Assembly (NCBI GenBank): GCA_012295275.1
Contig: CM022666.1
Span: 16,807,090-16,871,089, forward strand
Direction: 5' to 3'
DNA: 64,000 nucleotides
Origin: Chrysomallon squamiferum
Taxonomy: Eukaryota; Animalia; Mollusca
The notes under the pieces are model-generated. The model had not been told where the DNA came from. It searched no databases and saw only the letters and a list, made by a program, of their open reading frames with translations. Both the position numbers and the translations under genes were made by a program. Shown one piece after another: positions 1 to 14,500 of the stretch (position 1 is the first letter of the stretch; the number at the start of each line of letters is the position of its first letter).

Positions 1-2127
1 CTCCTCACTGTCAGACGTTGCTGGACAAAATTCAGATGAAACAATTCGATGCTGAGTTTTCTTCCTGCTAACTCTGTCTGGTTTCAAACGTCCTCTCTTC
101 TTCACCACTTTATTTACCACCTTACAAGTTAGCACTTCATCAGCTGTCTTACTCACCACTTCATCAGCTATCTTACTCACCACTTCATCACCATCAGGTG
201 AATTGTTCACCACTTCATCACCATATCTTGTTCACCACTTCATCACCATCAGGTGAATTGTTCAGCACTTCATCAGCTATCTTACTCACCACTTCATCAC
301 CATCAGGTGAATTGTTCAGCACTTCATCACCATCAGGTGAATTGTTCAGCACTTCATCACCATCAGGTGAATTGTTCAGCACTTCATCAACTATTATTTT
401 CTTGTTGTCATTAATGTCTGTCAATTTCTTACATGCAGGAGACATCCTTAGTCTGGATAATGAAACTTCATTTTCTGATTCATCACTTTCCTCAGATAAA
501 TTACTTTCAGTGTTCACTTTATCCTTACTTTCAGTGTTCACTTTATCCTTACTTTCAGTGTTCACTTTATCCTTACTTTCAGAGTTCACTTTATCCTTTT
601 TCAGTGTTCACTTTAACTTTCAGTGTTCACTTTATCCTTACTTTCAGAGTTCACTTTATCCTTACTTTCAGGATAATGAAAGTTCACTTTTCCTGATTCA
701 GTGTTCACTTTATCCTTACTTTCAGTGTTCACTTTATCCTTATTTTCAGAGTTCACTTTATCCTTACTTTCAGTGTTCACTTTATCCTTACTTTCAGTGT
801 TCACTTTATCCTTACTTTCAGAGTTCACTTTATCCTTACTTTCAGTGTTCACTTTATCCTTACTTTCAGAGTTCACTTTATCCTTACTTTCAGTGTTCAC
901 TTTATCCTTACTTTCAGAGTTTACTTTATCCTTACTTTCAGTGTTCACTTTATCCTTACTTTCAGAGTTCACTTTATCCTTACTTTCAGTGTTTACTTTA
1001 TCCTTACTTTCAGTGTTCACTTTATCCTTACTTTCAGAGTTTACTTTATCTTTACTTACATCATATTCATAGTTCAGTTTACAAGCAGATAAGTCACTTT
1101 TGAAGTTAGTTTTTTCCTGTACAGGCTGAAAGGTCACAGAAGACAAGTGGCTAACATCAAATGTCATTGAGCCCTTTCTTTTGGTTTCATCCGCCCAATG
1201 TTTTCCAGTTCTACTCCCAGGTTTGCCTCCAGTCTGCAATTCACATTCCTCTGATCTGACAGACAACTGTGAGTCACTCTCTGCGTCTAACTCACACGTC
1301 TCCTGTCTCGTGTCACTCACTGAGCTGTCTCTGTTGAGAGACGTCTCCACTGACTTTATTTTCACCTTTTCACACAACAATGAACTGCAGAAATCTTCTT
1401 GGTTTTCTGAATTTCCTTTCACTGTGATTTCAGATGTATTCCTGAACAAGACTTCATCTACTGAAATCTGTGAATCAACAGAATTCCCTGCACCAGGTGA
1501 AAACTCTGTATCAACCAGAGTCTCAGCACTGTTTTCTTCCACATAAATATCACGTTCCAACCAGATATTTTCACCAGATATCTCATTGTCTACTTTCCAT
1601 TTGAGTCCTGTATCAGCAGACTTCTTGAGTGACACTGAGTCATCTAATTTCAGACTGAGTCCTGTATCTGTAGATTTCTTGAGTAACATTAAGTCATAAA
1701 CTTCATCTTCTTTATCATGTGTTATTACTTTTTCCTTCATCACAGATATCTGAGTTATCTTCTTTATCATGTGTTATTACTTTTTCTTCATCACAGATAT
1801 CTGAGTTATCTTCTTTATCATGTGCTATTACTTTTTCTTCATCACAGATATCTGAGTTATCTTCTTTATCATGTGTTATTACTTTTTCTTCATCACAGAT
1901 ATCTGAGTTATCTTCTTTATCATGTGTTATTACTTTTTCTTCATTTCTATTCTGATTGGTTTCTGCATTTACATCAGAAAACCTGATTGGCTCAAACTGA
2001 CAGGAAGCATGCTTCATCGGTGATAAGCTGTTTTCAAATACTGTGATGACTTTTTCTTCTGTCAGATATCTGAGTTTTCTTCTTTTCACTACTTTTTTCT
2101 TCAAATCTGATTTTAAAGCATTTTCTA
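1..2127 (-). CDS. ICE1: Large low-complexity, acidic/serine-rich exon of the ICE1-like gene, with three apparent frameshifts
   Basis: ORFs 1715-2104, 613-1770 and 218-589 plus an open frame over 1-217 form one continuous protein-like text. The frame breaks at ~1735, ~600-615 and ~222 all fall inside tandem-repeat units. Confidence 0.65.
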
Positions 2128-2194
2128 AAAATCAAACTGAAAACAGTGATAAGCTGTTTTCAAATACTGTGATGAGAGAGAAAGTTCTAAAAAT

Positions 2195-2261
<67 letters not shown>

Positions 2262-2582
2262 CAGCATACAGTATTTATTATTTTTTCAAATAACAATGTT
2301 ATACTGCTTAGATAGGTAACAGTTCATTATGTGAGAACAGGTCTATGCTAAAACTGAGTTTCAGTAATTTAAATCTGAAAAAAGAGACCTTTTTATTTAT
2401 TTTGTTTTGATGTTACAGCAGTAATAATTTGATGTAGGAAGGTGTATATTATATGTGGTGTTATATGGATTCTGGTATATTTAGCAAGTTTACCTGCAGA
2501 TTAACAGGAGTTGGGGGGAGAGGTGACAACAGTGAAGCAACTGGTGACATGGAGAATTTGAAGGAACATTCACTTGCTGTTG

Positions 2583-2619
<37 letters not shown>

Positions 2620-3562
2620 TTCTTCTACCACATGAACATGAACATCATCATCATCATCATCATCATGGTTACATGCTTCTTTGTCATCAGGGTTTTCTTT
2701 ATTTGGTTTTTGGTCTTTGTTTTCTAATGTACCTACTACACAGAACGATGTACAGCAATTCAAAGTCAAGTCCAACAACATTTGTAATATATTTAACTAA
2801 TGTGTACATATAAGATATATATTTAACTAATGTGTACATATAAGATATACATTTAACTAATGTGTACATGTAAGATATATATTTAACTAATGTGTATATG
2901 TAAGATATATATTTAACTAATGTATATAAGATATATATTTAACTAATGTGCATCTATAAGATATATATTTAACTAATGTGTACATATAAGATATATATTT
3001 AACTAATGTGTACATATAAGATATATATTTAACTAATGTGTATATATAAGATATATATTTAACTAATGTGTACATATAAGATATATATTTAACTAATGTG
3101 CATCTGTAAGATATATATTTAACTAATGTGCATCTGTAAGATATATATTTAACTAATGTGTATATATAAGATACATATTTAACTAATGTGTACATATAAG
3201 ATATATATTTAATGTGCATCTGTAAGATATATATTTAACTAATGTGCATCTGTAAGATATATATTTAACTAATGTGCATCTGTAAGATATATATGTAACT
3301 AATGTGTATCTGTAAGATATATATTTAATTAATGTGTATATATAAGATACATATTTAACTAATGTGTACATATAAGATATATATTTAATGTGTATCTGTA
3401 AGATATATATTTAACTAATGTGCATCTGTAAGAAAAAAATTAACTAATGTGCATCTGTAAGATATATATTTAACTAATGTGCATCTATAAGATATATATT
3501 TAACTAATGTGTACATATAAGATATATATTTAATGTGTATCTGTAAGATATATATTTAACTA

Positions 3563-3613
<51 letters not shown>

Positions 3614-4092
3614 CTTCAAACAAACTGTCAACTTCAAAATTTGCCTGGCTTGGTCTTTTATCTCCCTTTGGTACCAAACCTAAAAAGAAACGAAAATACA
3701 TCAACATGTTAACAGTTGCAACAATGGTAACACACTGATGCATCCATGTCAACTAATTTATATAACCATGTTAACAAACCTATGAAATCATATTAAAAAA
3801 TCTATATAACCATAATAAATAAATACACACAACATGTTAAGACATTTTTTCTACGCATACAACAGTAAATTTAAATGTTTAATAATTTCCAAATGTACAA
3901 TAACTAACTAAAGATATCCAATGTTTATTCAGAAATACAGAAATGTAATTTAGTAAAGATTTTATACTGAACAGATTAAAATTAGTTCACATCATTAAGA
4001 AAATTATTTTAGTTCTAAATTACATTAAAACATTTTGATAACTTACCATTTTCCTTTAAAATATCCCAGTAGATTTCCAACTTGTCCTGCAA

Positions 4093-4134
<42 letters not shown>

Positions 4135-4602
4135 GGTAAAAAAAAAAAATAAAGTTTAAAGGACTAAAAAAAAAATTTCTAAAGTTTATATTTTACATAT
4201 CTCTGAAGTTCACGGACTAATTCTGAAGTTTATATTGTACTACATATCTCTGAAGTTCATATTACTACATATTTCTGAAGTTCATGTTACTACATATTTC
4301 TGAAGTTTATATTTTACATCATATTTATGTGTGAGAGGTGTGTCAAGTTTATATTTTACCATAGATTTGTGAAGTTTCAATTCAAGAGACTTGATCAGAT
4401 TGGTAAACTTTGTGTTCTCAAATTTAAGTGTCCGGATTTCATCTGAAAGCATTAAATAAAAAAAAAAATAAAAATTAGTAAGATTAACTGTATTATAACA
4501 AGCAGTAACAAAAAAATATAACAACAACAACAGTAATAATTTAAATATTATAGTAGTAGTAGTAGTAGCAGCAGTAATAACAACAATAATAGTAATATAA
4601 CA

Positions 4603-4654
<52 letters not shown>

Positions 4655-5582
4655 TAATAACAGTAATAACAACGATGATAATGATGACAAGCAGAGTAAA
4701 TTGATTAATTTCTCATATGTTGAGAAACTAGTTTATTTGACGCAGTGATTACAGTGTAATCTGACAGGAAAATGAAAATGTTACATAAATCTGGAGGTGA
4801 CAAAAAAACTAAAAAAAATTCATTTAAACACAGCATTTTATAGATTAATGTCAAAATAATCTTTCAAAAGGCCATCAAACTGAACAGAGATGATGTGTTT
4901 GGGTTAGTCATGGACATTCCATGGGGTCCATTTTTCAAGATGGCTACCAAGATATCATCTAAAAATAACTTTTGTCTTTCAAAATAAGCACTGAAATAAA
5001 TACTGTTTTTAATCACTTGTACACGTATAATATTTATAATTATTTATCCTGTAAAATTACGTTTTTGATTAATTGTACATATACATAGTTTTTATTTATA
5101 CATATAAATACTGTTTTTAATCACTTGTACATGTAAGATACTGTTGTTTATTACTTCTGCAAGTACTGTTTTAATACTTATAAATGTAAATACTGTTTTT
5201 AATTATTTATACAAGTAAAAACTATTTTGTAAATGTTTAAATATGTAAAAGTTTGGGTTTCATTTATTTTATTATTTATACATATAAATAACATTTTAAA
5301 ATATTTACACATGTAACCATTCATTTTTTTTTTAAATTTATTTATACATGTAAATAATATTTTAAAATATTTATAGCTTAAACAGGTAAACATTTGGGTT
5401 TTTCTTATTATTATTATTATTTATACATGTAACTACTATTTCTAACTGCCTGTACAGTGAATCAAGTACTAAAAAAGAATACTGACAGTAAACACTCTCA
5501 CATGAAAAAACAAAAATACAATTTGGAAATGGAACATTTTCTGTATACTAGCATTTATTAATGAAAATAAATAAATATGTGC

Positions 5583-5618
<36 letters not shown>

Positions 5619-8518
5619 TAAAACATTGATAATAAAAAATTACAGGCCTGGATGGACAAGTGTGTATGTAATCAACATTTCATGTGATCAGATTTGATAA
5701 GGTGGAGATAAAGAACAACACAAGAAAGACAACTGGCTGCAGGACAAAGGTGAAGATAACAGCTGACTGACACACAGATCTCTCCGAGTTCACAGAGAAG
5801 TATGTCTTTACAAAATTCACATAAACACCATTCATTCTGAGGCAAAGAACATCAGGAACATCACAGTACAGGTTTGGTGTGTTTTTTTTAAAGTTTTATT
5901 GTTTAATTATTTTACTTTACTTTATCAGGAGGGTTGTTTTCATAAACAAAAATCACCAGTTCATATTTTAGGATCAGACTACTTGCAATGTGAGTAATAT
6001 GTAAATATTTGAATCGCTTGTAAAACTGTATATTATGATGTGATATGTATATCTTTGAATGGCTTTTAAAACTGTATATTATGATGTGAGTAATATGTAA
6101 TTCTTTGAATGGCTTGTAAAACTGTATATTATGATGTGAGTAATATGTATATCTTTGAATGGCTTGTAAATAAATAAATATACACAACTATGATGAGAGT
6201 AATATGATCATGGTAATATGTAATTCTTCGAATGGCTTGTAAAACTGTATACTATGATGTAAGTGAAATGTAAATATCTGAACTGATTGTAAAGCTGTAT
6301 ATTAAGGATTACTTGTTACTGAATAAAGACTGCTGTTCTCTGTGTTAGGTAAGTTTAGACTGTGTGACTGTGTGTCACATACATGCATGTTCTGTGTGCA
6401 TGTTCTGTGTGAAGGTCTGTGTACAGCTCTGTGGTGTAAATCTTGTGACAGCACCGAGAGAATCACGAGTGAAATCATTGTCTAATACAAGTTACATGTC
6501 AACAAGAGACTGGTCTGTGCTATTTTCTATAATTTAATAATTTATACATTATCAGCTCTCTCATGTAGCAGTTTTGTGTTTTTATTCATTATTAACATGT
6601 GTTTGCATATATATTACAGTTAATCATGTATTAATTACTATTTGTTGTTAACATTAGTTTGTATATGTGAACACAAGCAAGCATAAACACGTGCAAATTT
6701 AAACCAATGCCTGAATGTGCGCCTGGCTGCACACACTGATCCCTGATTTATTTAAAATGAACATTAACCTAATGTAAACCAGTTTGAATAAACTGAAAAA
6801 AAAAAAAAAAAACTTGGCATGGTGCAAACTGGTAAATACCGATAGAAGGGAAATACACTGATATTAAAAGAATTCTCCTTTTGTTAGTTAATATTCATTA
6901 TGTTTATTCTTTTTTATTTTACAAAAACTTTAATTAATTTATTATATTACTTATTGTATTAATAGTTTAAGTATATGTCAAAATAAGAAATAATTTTTAA
7001 ACTTTTTGATTGTATACGGTGAGAGAAATACATACACATACACACATTTTATTTGACCTATATAACTACACTACTAACTACCTATTCACCCATTTCCAAA
7101 CTCACACTTAGACTATGAAACCATCTTACAGGTGATTTCGAGTGAGGTGTGTATTTATAGGTGACAGCTTCTAGCACACTTTGTGACTTCACCTTGACAA
7201 GAGATTTCAGTTTCAAAAACTGGGACAGCTGGAGCAGAAACTCGGGGTTAGAGTCTGAGACACCTGAGACTAAATCTGCACTGTCATTTAAAACAGTGAC
7301 TGTGTGTGTCTCAGTCCAGCAGGTTAGGATGACTTGCTCTGACTGGGTACCCACACTCAGCCCGCGTCGCTCGGAAAGTTTGAAATAATAAATACACTGT
7401 GATGAGAAGTTCATATTAACACAGGACCAAGAAAGAGCATACAATCTACCAGTGTGTATCATATATATTTACTTTCTGTCTGTTTATTACATATCTGTAT
7501 CATGTATTAACTAGTATGTGTGTGTATTTATGTATCTGTGTAATATATTTACTTGTATGTGTGTGTATTTATGTATCTGTGTAATATATTTACTTGTATG
7601 TGTGTGTATTTATGTATCTGTATAATATATTTACTTGTATGTGTATGTATTTATGTATCTGTATAATATATTTACTTGTATGTGTATTTATGTATATTTA
7701 TGTGTATATTTACTTGTATGTGTGTATTTATTTATCTTTATATGTATATTTACTTGTATGTGTGTGTATTTATGTATCTGTGTATATTTACTTGTATGTG
7801 TGTATATTTGTACATCTCTGTATTTATATATCTGTATATGTATCATATATCAACTTGTATGTGTGTGTATTTATGTATCTGTATGTGTATAATGTATTTA
7901 CTTGTATGTGTGTATTTATTTATCTCTATGTGTATATTTACTTTATGTGTGTATATTTATGTATCTGCATGTGTATCATATATTTACTTGTATGTATATG
8001 TATTTTATATCTGTATGTTATCATATATCAACTTGTATGTATATGTATTTTTATATCTGTATGTTATCATATATCAACTTGTATGTATATGTATTTTATA
8101 TCTGTATGTTATCATATATCAACTTGTATGTATATGTATTTTTATATCTGTATGTTATCATATATCAGCTTGTATGTATATTTATTTTTATATCTGTATG
8201 TTAACATATATCAACTTGTATGTATATGTATTTTTATATCTGTATGTTGTCATATATCAACTTGTATGTGTTTGTTTAACTGTTTTTTTTTTTATCCATG
8301 ATTACATTTCAAAACTATCAAATTTTTCTTTTCTTTTTAAAACGTTTTTTTAGTCAACTTAAAATATACTTATTTATCTATGAAACTTTCAGTACACAAG
8401 TTTCTCTATACAACTTTCAATATACACATTTCTTTATATAACTTTCACTATACAAATTTTTCTATACAACTTTCAATATACAAATGTCTTTATTACAAAT
8501 TTCACTATGTGTATGTGG

Positions 8519-8555
<37 letters not shown>

Positions 8556-11500
8556 CAACTTTCAATTCATTCAACTGTGAACTGGTAGGTAAAACAAGTG
8601 AGTGAGCTCAGTGAAGTGAGACAACATCTAAAAGTGTTGTTTGTTTTGTTTTTCAGGAGAAAACTTCACAACCGTGTGTCTGCCTTTTAGTTTATCCCAA
8701 CAGTGAGCTGATAGTATAACACTTGTAAAACTGAAACAACAGAGCTGATACTATAACACTTGTAAAACTGAAACAACAGTGAACTGATAGTATAACACTT
8801 GTAAAACTGAAACAACAGTGAACTGATAGTATAACACTTGTAGAACTGAAACAACAGAGCTGATACTATAACACTTGTAAAACTGAAACAACAGTGAACT
8901 GATAGTATAACACTTGTAAAACTGAAACAACAGTGAACTGATAGTATAACACTTGTAGAACTGAAACAACAGTGAGCTGATACTATAACACTTGTAAAAC
9001 TGAAACAACAGTGAGCTGATAGTATAACACTTGTAGAACTGAAACAACAGTGAGCTGATAGTATAACACTTGTAAAACTGAAACAACAGTGAGCTGATAG
9101 TATAACACTTGTAGAACTGAAACAACAGTGAGCTGATAGTATAACACTTGTAGAACTGAAACAACAGTGAGCTGATAGTTTAACACTTGTAAAATTGAAA
9201 TAACAGTTATCACATTGTAATGAACTGTATTATCATAGTTGTAAAACTGAAACAACAGTGACCAGTGTAATGAACTGTATTATCACAGTTGTAAAACTGA
9301 AACAACAGACTACTATTGAATGATTTAATATTATCACAGAGGTTAAGACTGAAGGTAAAATATGCAGTGTGCAGATAAGTCAGGACAAAAATTCATAAAC
9401 AAAATGTTCACAGTTTATATTTTCGTATCTCTGTGTCACACAGTCTTCACAGACTTGTCATTGGATCCACGTCCAGAACTGGCTGTGAGACCATCGGAAA
9501 ACGTCTCTTGGACGTGCACGGGTCACTCAAACAACCAGTCCGTGGTGTGGCTTTTTCCAAACACAAGCATCATCTCAACCAACTCCAGCAAGCGCATCAG
9601 CATGCTGAACAACACTCTCAACATACTGAACACCACACTGAGCGACACCGGCCACTACGTCTGTCAGACCACAGACCTGACCATGAACATCACAGCATAT
9701 CTCAGAGTCTACAACATGCCATCATACTTCACCCTCAGCATGGCTCTCATCGGCATCAATGCCGTGTTTGTCTTACTTTTCACAGCTTGTTTCATCTTCC
9801 ACAAGGTGTTGTCACGAAGGAGAGAGAAGACTGACAAGAAAGTGAAATATGAAATGGCAAATGAAAAGGCAAATGAAAAGCAGACAGCTTGAATGAACTG
9901 AAATATTCCCTGTGAAGTAAAATGTTATAGCAATGTTACAAACTAAACTATGTAAGAAAACAATAGAGCTTTCTTTGTGCTATTTTTACTGTTACAATAA
10001 CATTTTTTGTTGTCCTTTTTTTCAGTTTTTTTTTTACAATTATTATTATTATGATGGGCTTACAATCAGGAAAATTGTTTGTTAAAAGTTATATAAGTAA
10101 ATTTCAGAAAGTTATGTTTGTTCTGATAAATTATCTACTATCTTTACATGATCCAAACTCATCCAATTTTTATTTTTATTAAATAATTAATTTTTGTTTT
10201 TAATTTTGTTTTTTCTTCTTTAACAGGGATGGGAAGTTGACCAGTTTCTCAACCCTAGACACAAACTCACACACATGAGCACACGCACACACATACACAG
10301 TTACTAACATATATATGTATTTTTTGCTTATGGTGATATCTTTGAAAATAAATGTGCATATCTGCACAATACTGAGCAACTGAGTTAAGCAATTTCTTCC
10401 ACTTTTGAGAATGTTTGTCAGAATTGAAAAGTTAAATAATCACAAATGACTCAGTCCTAAAATCTTTGGTGGAATGAACACATTTAACAAAGCACCTCTT
10501 ACAAAACTATGTGAATACCGCCAGTTTTTTCTTTTCACATTCTTAATGTGATTATATTAAACTAATTTTCATTACATTTTTCATTTTCAATCCTTGCAGC
10601 TCATCTGCTGAATAATGGAAGTTGAAGCAATTTAACAATATCGTTAGACATAACACTATATATTTTTTAAATGTACTGGTGAGAGAATGTCATGAGAACT
10701 TGTAAAAACAAGAATGAATTTGATTCAGCTTTTCTTTGCAAAACCCCCCAGCAAACAGCAATATTGAAATCTACCTTTCTAGTGTCTGTCTGTGAACGTT
10801 TGTGTGTGTATGTGTGTTTGTGCGTGTGTCTCTGGGTGTTGTGTATGTATGTATGCATGTGCATCTGGATGCACACACTGGTAAAGGCCTTCCAGAACAT
10901 GGATGACATTAACAGTATTTCTAGCCATCTTGGTCTGCAACTTTTATGTAACAAATGAATGACCAGGAAAGTATTCTTAATCACTGAACAGTTTGTATGT
11001 ATAAATGTTTACAGGTCTGACACAGATCTGCTGAACCTGGTCATTCAGCCAGTGTGAAGGTGACACAGACTCACTGCTTGTGTGTGTGCAGTACAAGCCA
11101 CCTTCAACTCACATCAAACTCTCACAATATTTATTTACTGGTCAGACCTCACATAAATTGTTGTCACTGGAGAACTATTTTGTTCTGATGTGTAGTTTTC
11201 TGATAATAGTAACTAATGTTCACTGGTCTTGCTAGCAAATTCCATCTTAACTTATTCTTTACTTCTCAGTTTGTTTTTCATTAGGATATTAGATTTTTCT
11301 CATTCACAATCTGTAACCTATGTTCAGGACCACAAAATTTACTACACGCAGACCAACAAAGGATATTTTGCCATGAATATTTCAGACTAGGATGTTTTGG
11401 CCATATATTTTTTCAAAGGAGGACATTTTGGCAATATGAGTCATCTCTTTATTTTGAGGAAATGATAGTGAAAATCACCTTCTTTTTTAAATCAGTTATT

Positions 11501-14500
11501 TACATGACAACATCTGAACTCAAAACCTACAAGTTCAGTGCTAGTCTGACCACCTCTCTAGTTATGGAGCAATTCAGAAATGAACTTACACCTATCTTCA
11601 GAGACTGTGGAGTTTTTGTGTTCTGTGTTTTGAGAATATTCAACCTGCACACTTACAATTTGTTGCTGCACCACTCTGAGGCACTGTCTGTACATGGCTG
11701 ATTTGTCAGGTGACATAATGCTTATTCCATCATGTAGGTGGAAAAAGAAGAGCGATGAGGTGAAAGTTCAGGTGTAGAGATCAGGTGAACAGGGACAAAA
11801 ATGTTAAGCTACATACACTGCATCAAAGTGATTGCAGAAAGAGGTTGCATCCTCTGATGCTGAGTATCATGTCAGATCACAATCTACAGGCAGAGAGGCA
11901 AAGTGGATCTATCTAAGTTAATTGTGAACAGTTTGGCTGGCAGACAACAAACCTTCGCAGGCCGGTGTTTGCCCACCTGTCATTTTTAAACAGCAGCTTC
12001 AGCAAACAGGAAAATTCAAGTCCATTTAGCCACACAAACACTATTGTATAATAATAATTAAAAAACTCAGGCCAAAATATTTTATTCTGAATGTCTGTTC
12101 ACCAGTGGAGACATGTTGTCATTTTTTAAAATGGTAAAACAGAAAAGTTGAAATGAGGTACATCAAAGTAAACACATCAAACCTCCCCACCTACCAAATC
12201 TGACCAAATTAAAATAAATTCTTGAACTGAGGACATATCTGTATTGTTTATCATGGAGAGAAAAACACACACAGAGAGACAGTGTGTATTCACAGCATGT
12301 TCACTGTATCATAAAAAACCCATATTAAAACTTAGTTTTTATTTAAATTCATGTCAATTTCATTAAAAAGTTTAAGACAGCTGTTTGGAACAGGACAAAG
12401 AAATAGAAGATGAAATCATTTTCTACTCTGCACTTTCAACTTACCAAACACTGTGCTTTGTGTTTCAGTGGAATTTGCACACAAACATTATCAGTAACCC
12501 ATGTAGCTTCCTCTTTCTTAATTCACAGATAGAATACAACCATGTATTAAAACATCAGTGAACAAACATCTCTAGATCTGAGTTTTCACTTTTAATTTTC
12601 TAAACTCTAATCAACAAACTAGAAACAAAAACTCACTTTTTAATCCACTGATAGTCTGCTCAAACTTCTTGTTGCTGTAAAAAAATAAAAAATAAAGTAG
12701 ATGTCAGTGTACACATGTGTTCCTCATTAAGTTATAAATTTGCTATCAATTGTACAATATCAGGATTTATATGACAACTTCTTATTTACAAATATTTAAA
12801 ACTTATTTAAAATTTGTAACTAATTTTCTTCAGTTTTAATAAATTCTATCAGATAAATACATTCCTGTAAGGACTGACAAATTTCAAGGCACCAAATGAA
12901 TAAATCAATATGAATAACAAATACACATGTGACTGAGTTTCAAACAAATATTAAAAAGAATATGTTGTGTAAGTGTTGTACAAAAACATTATGTTGTATA
13001 AAAGTGTTGTACAAAAACATTATGTTGTATAAAAGTGTTGTATAAAAACACTAATGTGGTGTATAAATGTTGCACAAAAACAATGTGTTGTATAAAAATA
13101 ATGATGTATTGTACAAGTGTTGTATAAAAACAATGTGTTGTATACAAACACTGATGTATTGTGTAAGTGTTGTATAAAAACAATGTGTTGTATACAAACA
13201 CTGATGTATTGTGTAAGTGTTGTATAAAAACAATGTGTTATATACAAACACTGATGTATTGTATAAGTGTTGTACAAAAACAATGATGTATTGTATAAGT
13301 GTTGTATAAAAACACTGATGTATTGTATAAGTGTTGTATAAAAACTGATGTATTGTATAAGTGTTGTATAAAAACAATGATGTATTGTATAAGTGTTGTA
13401 TAAAAACAATGATGTATTGTATAAGTGTTGTATAAAAACATTGATGTATTGTATAAGTGTTGTATAAAAACAATGATGTGAATTACCTTGACTCTAAATG
13501 CTGCAGTTTCCTGTTGACTGATTTTTTTTCCACATCAAAGTCGAGTGCGTTTTTCCTGAATGCTTCATACTGTTTACATAAACTCTACAAACAAAACACA
13601 CACAGACCTGTAAACAAGTTCATATGTTGTGTAAAAGTGTGCAAGTGTGTGAATATGTCTGCCTTTAGAGTGTATATGTACCTACAGGTGGGTACAAAAT
13701 AAGTGTATAATGCATGAATGAGTGTACAAGATCAAACATGTGATGCAATGTCATATATAACAAAAATAAAATCTATGACATACTGTTATAAATCAAGGTT
13801 AGAAATTCTGTTAAAAATTCTGAGAATCCATGTGGATGGAAGCAGTTGACGAGAAACTTCTGCTTCTCAGCAGTGTCAGTTACACAGAATTTTGTGTATA
13901 TAAAAACACCTGTACTATTTATTGAACAGAATAACCAATTTGTCAGCAACAGTATATCCAATTTTTAAACCAAAAAAGCAAGAAAGCTTTGTTTTCCTTT
14001 AATTTAATATGATCAACACAAGAAATAAAATGAACAATCTGTAATGAGACTTGTTTTTATGTTAAGCGTTTCTTTCTGTTGCAGTAAATAAAATAAGTAT
14101 TTGTAATTTTTCAAACACACTTGTTAAATTGATACTCAAAAAGTGTAGAAAATTTAAGTTTAGGAACATAATATCAAAGAACTAACACAGCAATGTTTGA
14201 TACAATACTGAATTTGGCACATTTCATTACTATATGTTATTATCATCTAACAAACATGTTCCTTTCAGTTCTCTGTGTTGACCACTGCTTGTCTTCTGGC
14301 CAGACTAGTCTCGATAAACCACGTCGTTTCAAACATACACAGATTCAAATGTGTGCTATGCTTTTGAAACCATTTTAAACTGATTTGATAACCACACTAT
14401 TTTTGTTTTTAATTTTGGTAATGTTTTACTCATTGATTATTCAATTTAACAGAATTTTTGAAATATTTCACACAAATCCAAATGGATCAGGATGTTTTAT

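Noticed and set aside
198-1103. Plus-strand ORFs with (QCSLYPYF)n or (SVFTLSLL)n repeats
   Set aside because: Antisense shadows of the minus-strand coding repeat in ICE1.
11380-11435. Three short ggat.ttttg(g)cca repeats as a MITE
   Set aside because: Too short and degenerate; no termini or target-site duplication identifiable.
12445-12530. Possible extra ICE1 exon ending in TTG|gtaagt on the minus strand
   Set aside because: No convincing acceptor, and exons 7 and 8 already join in phase with ICE1-like sequence.
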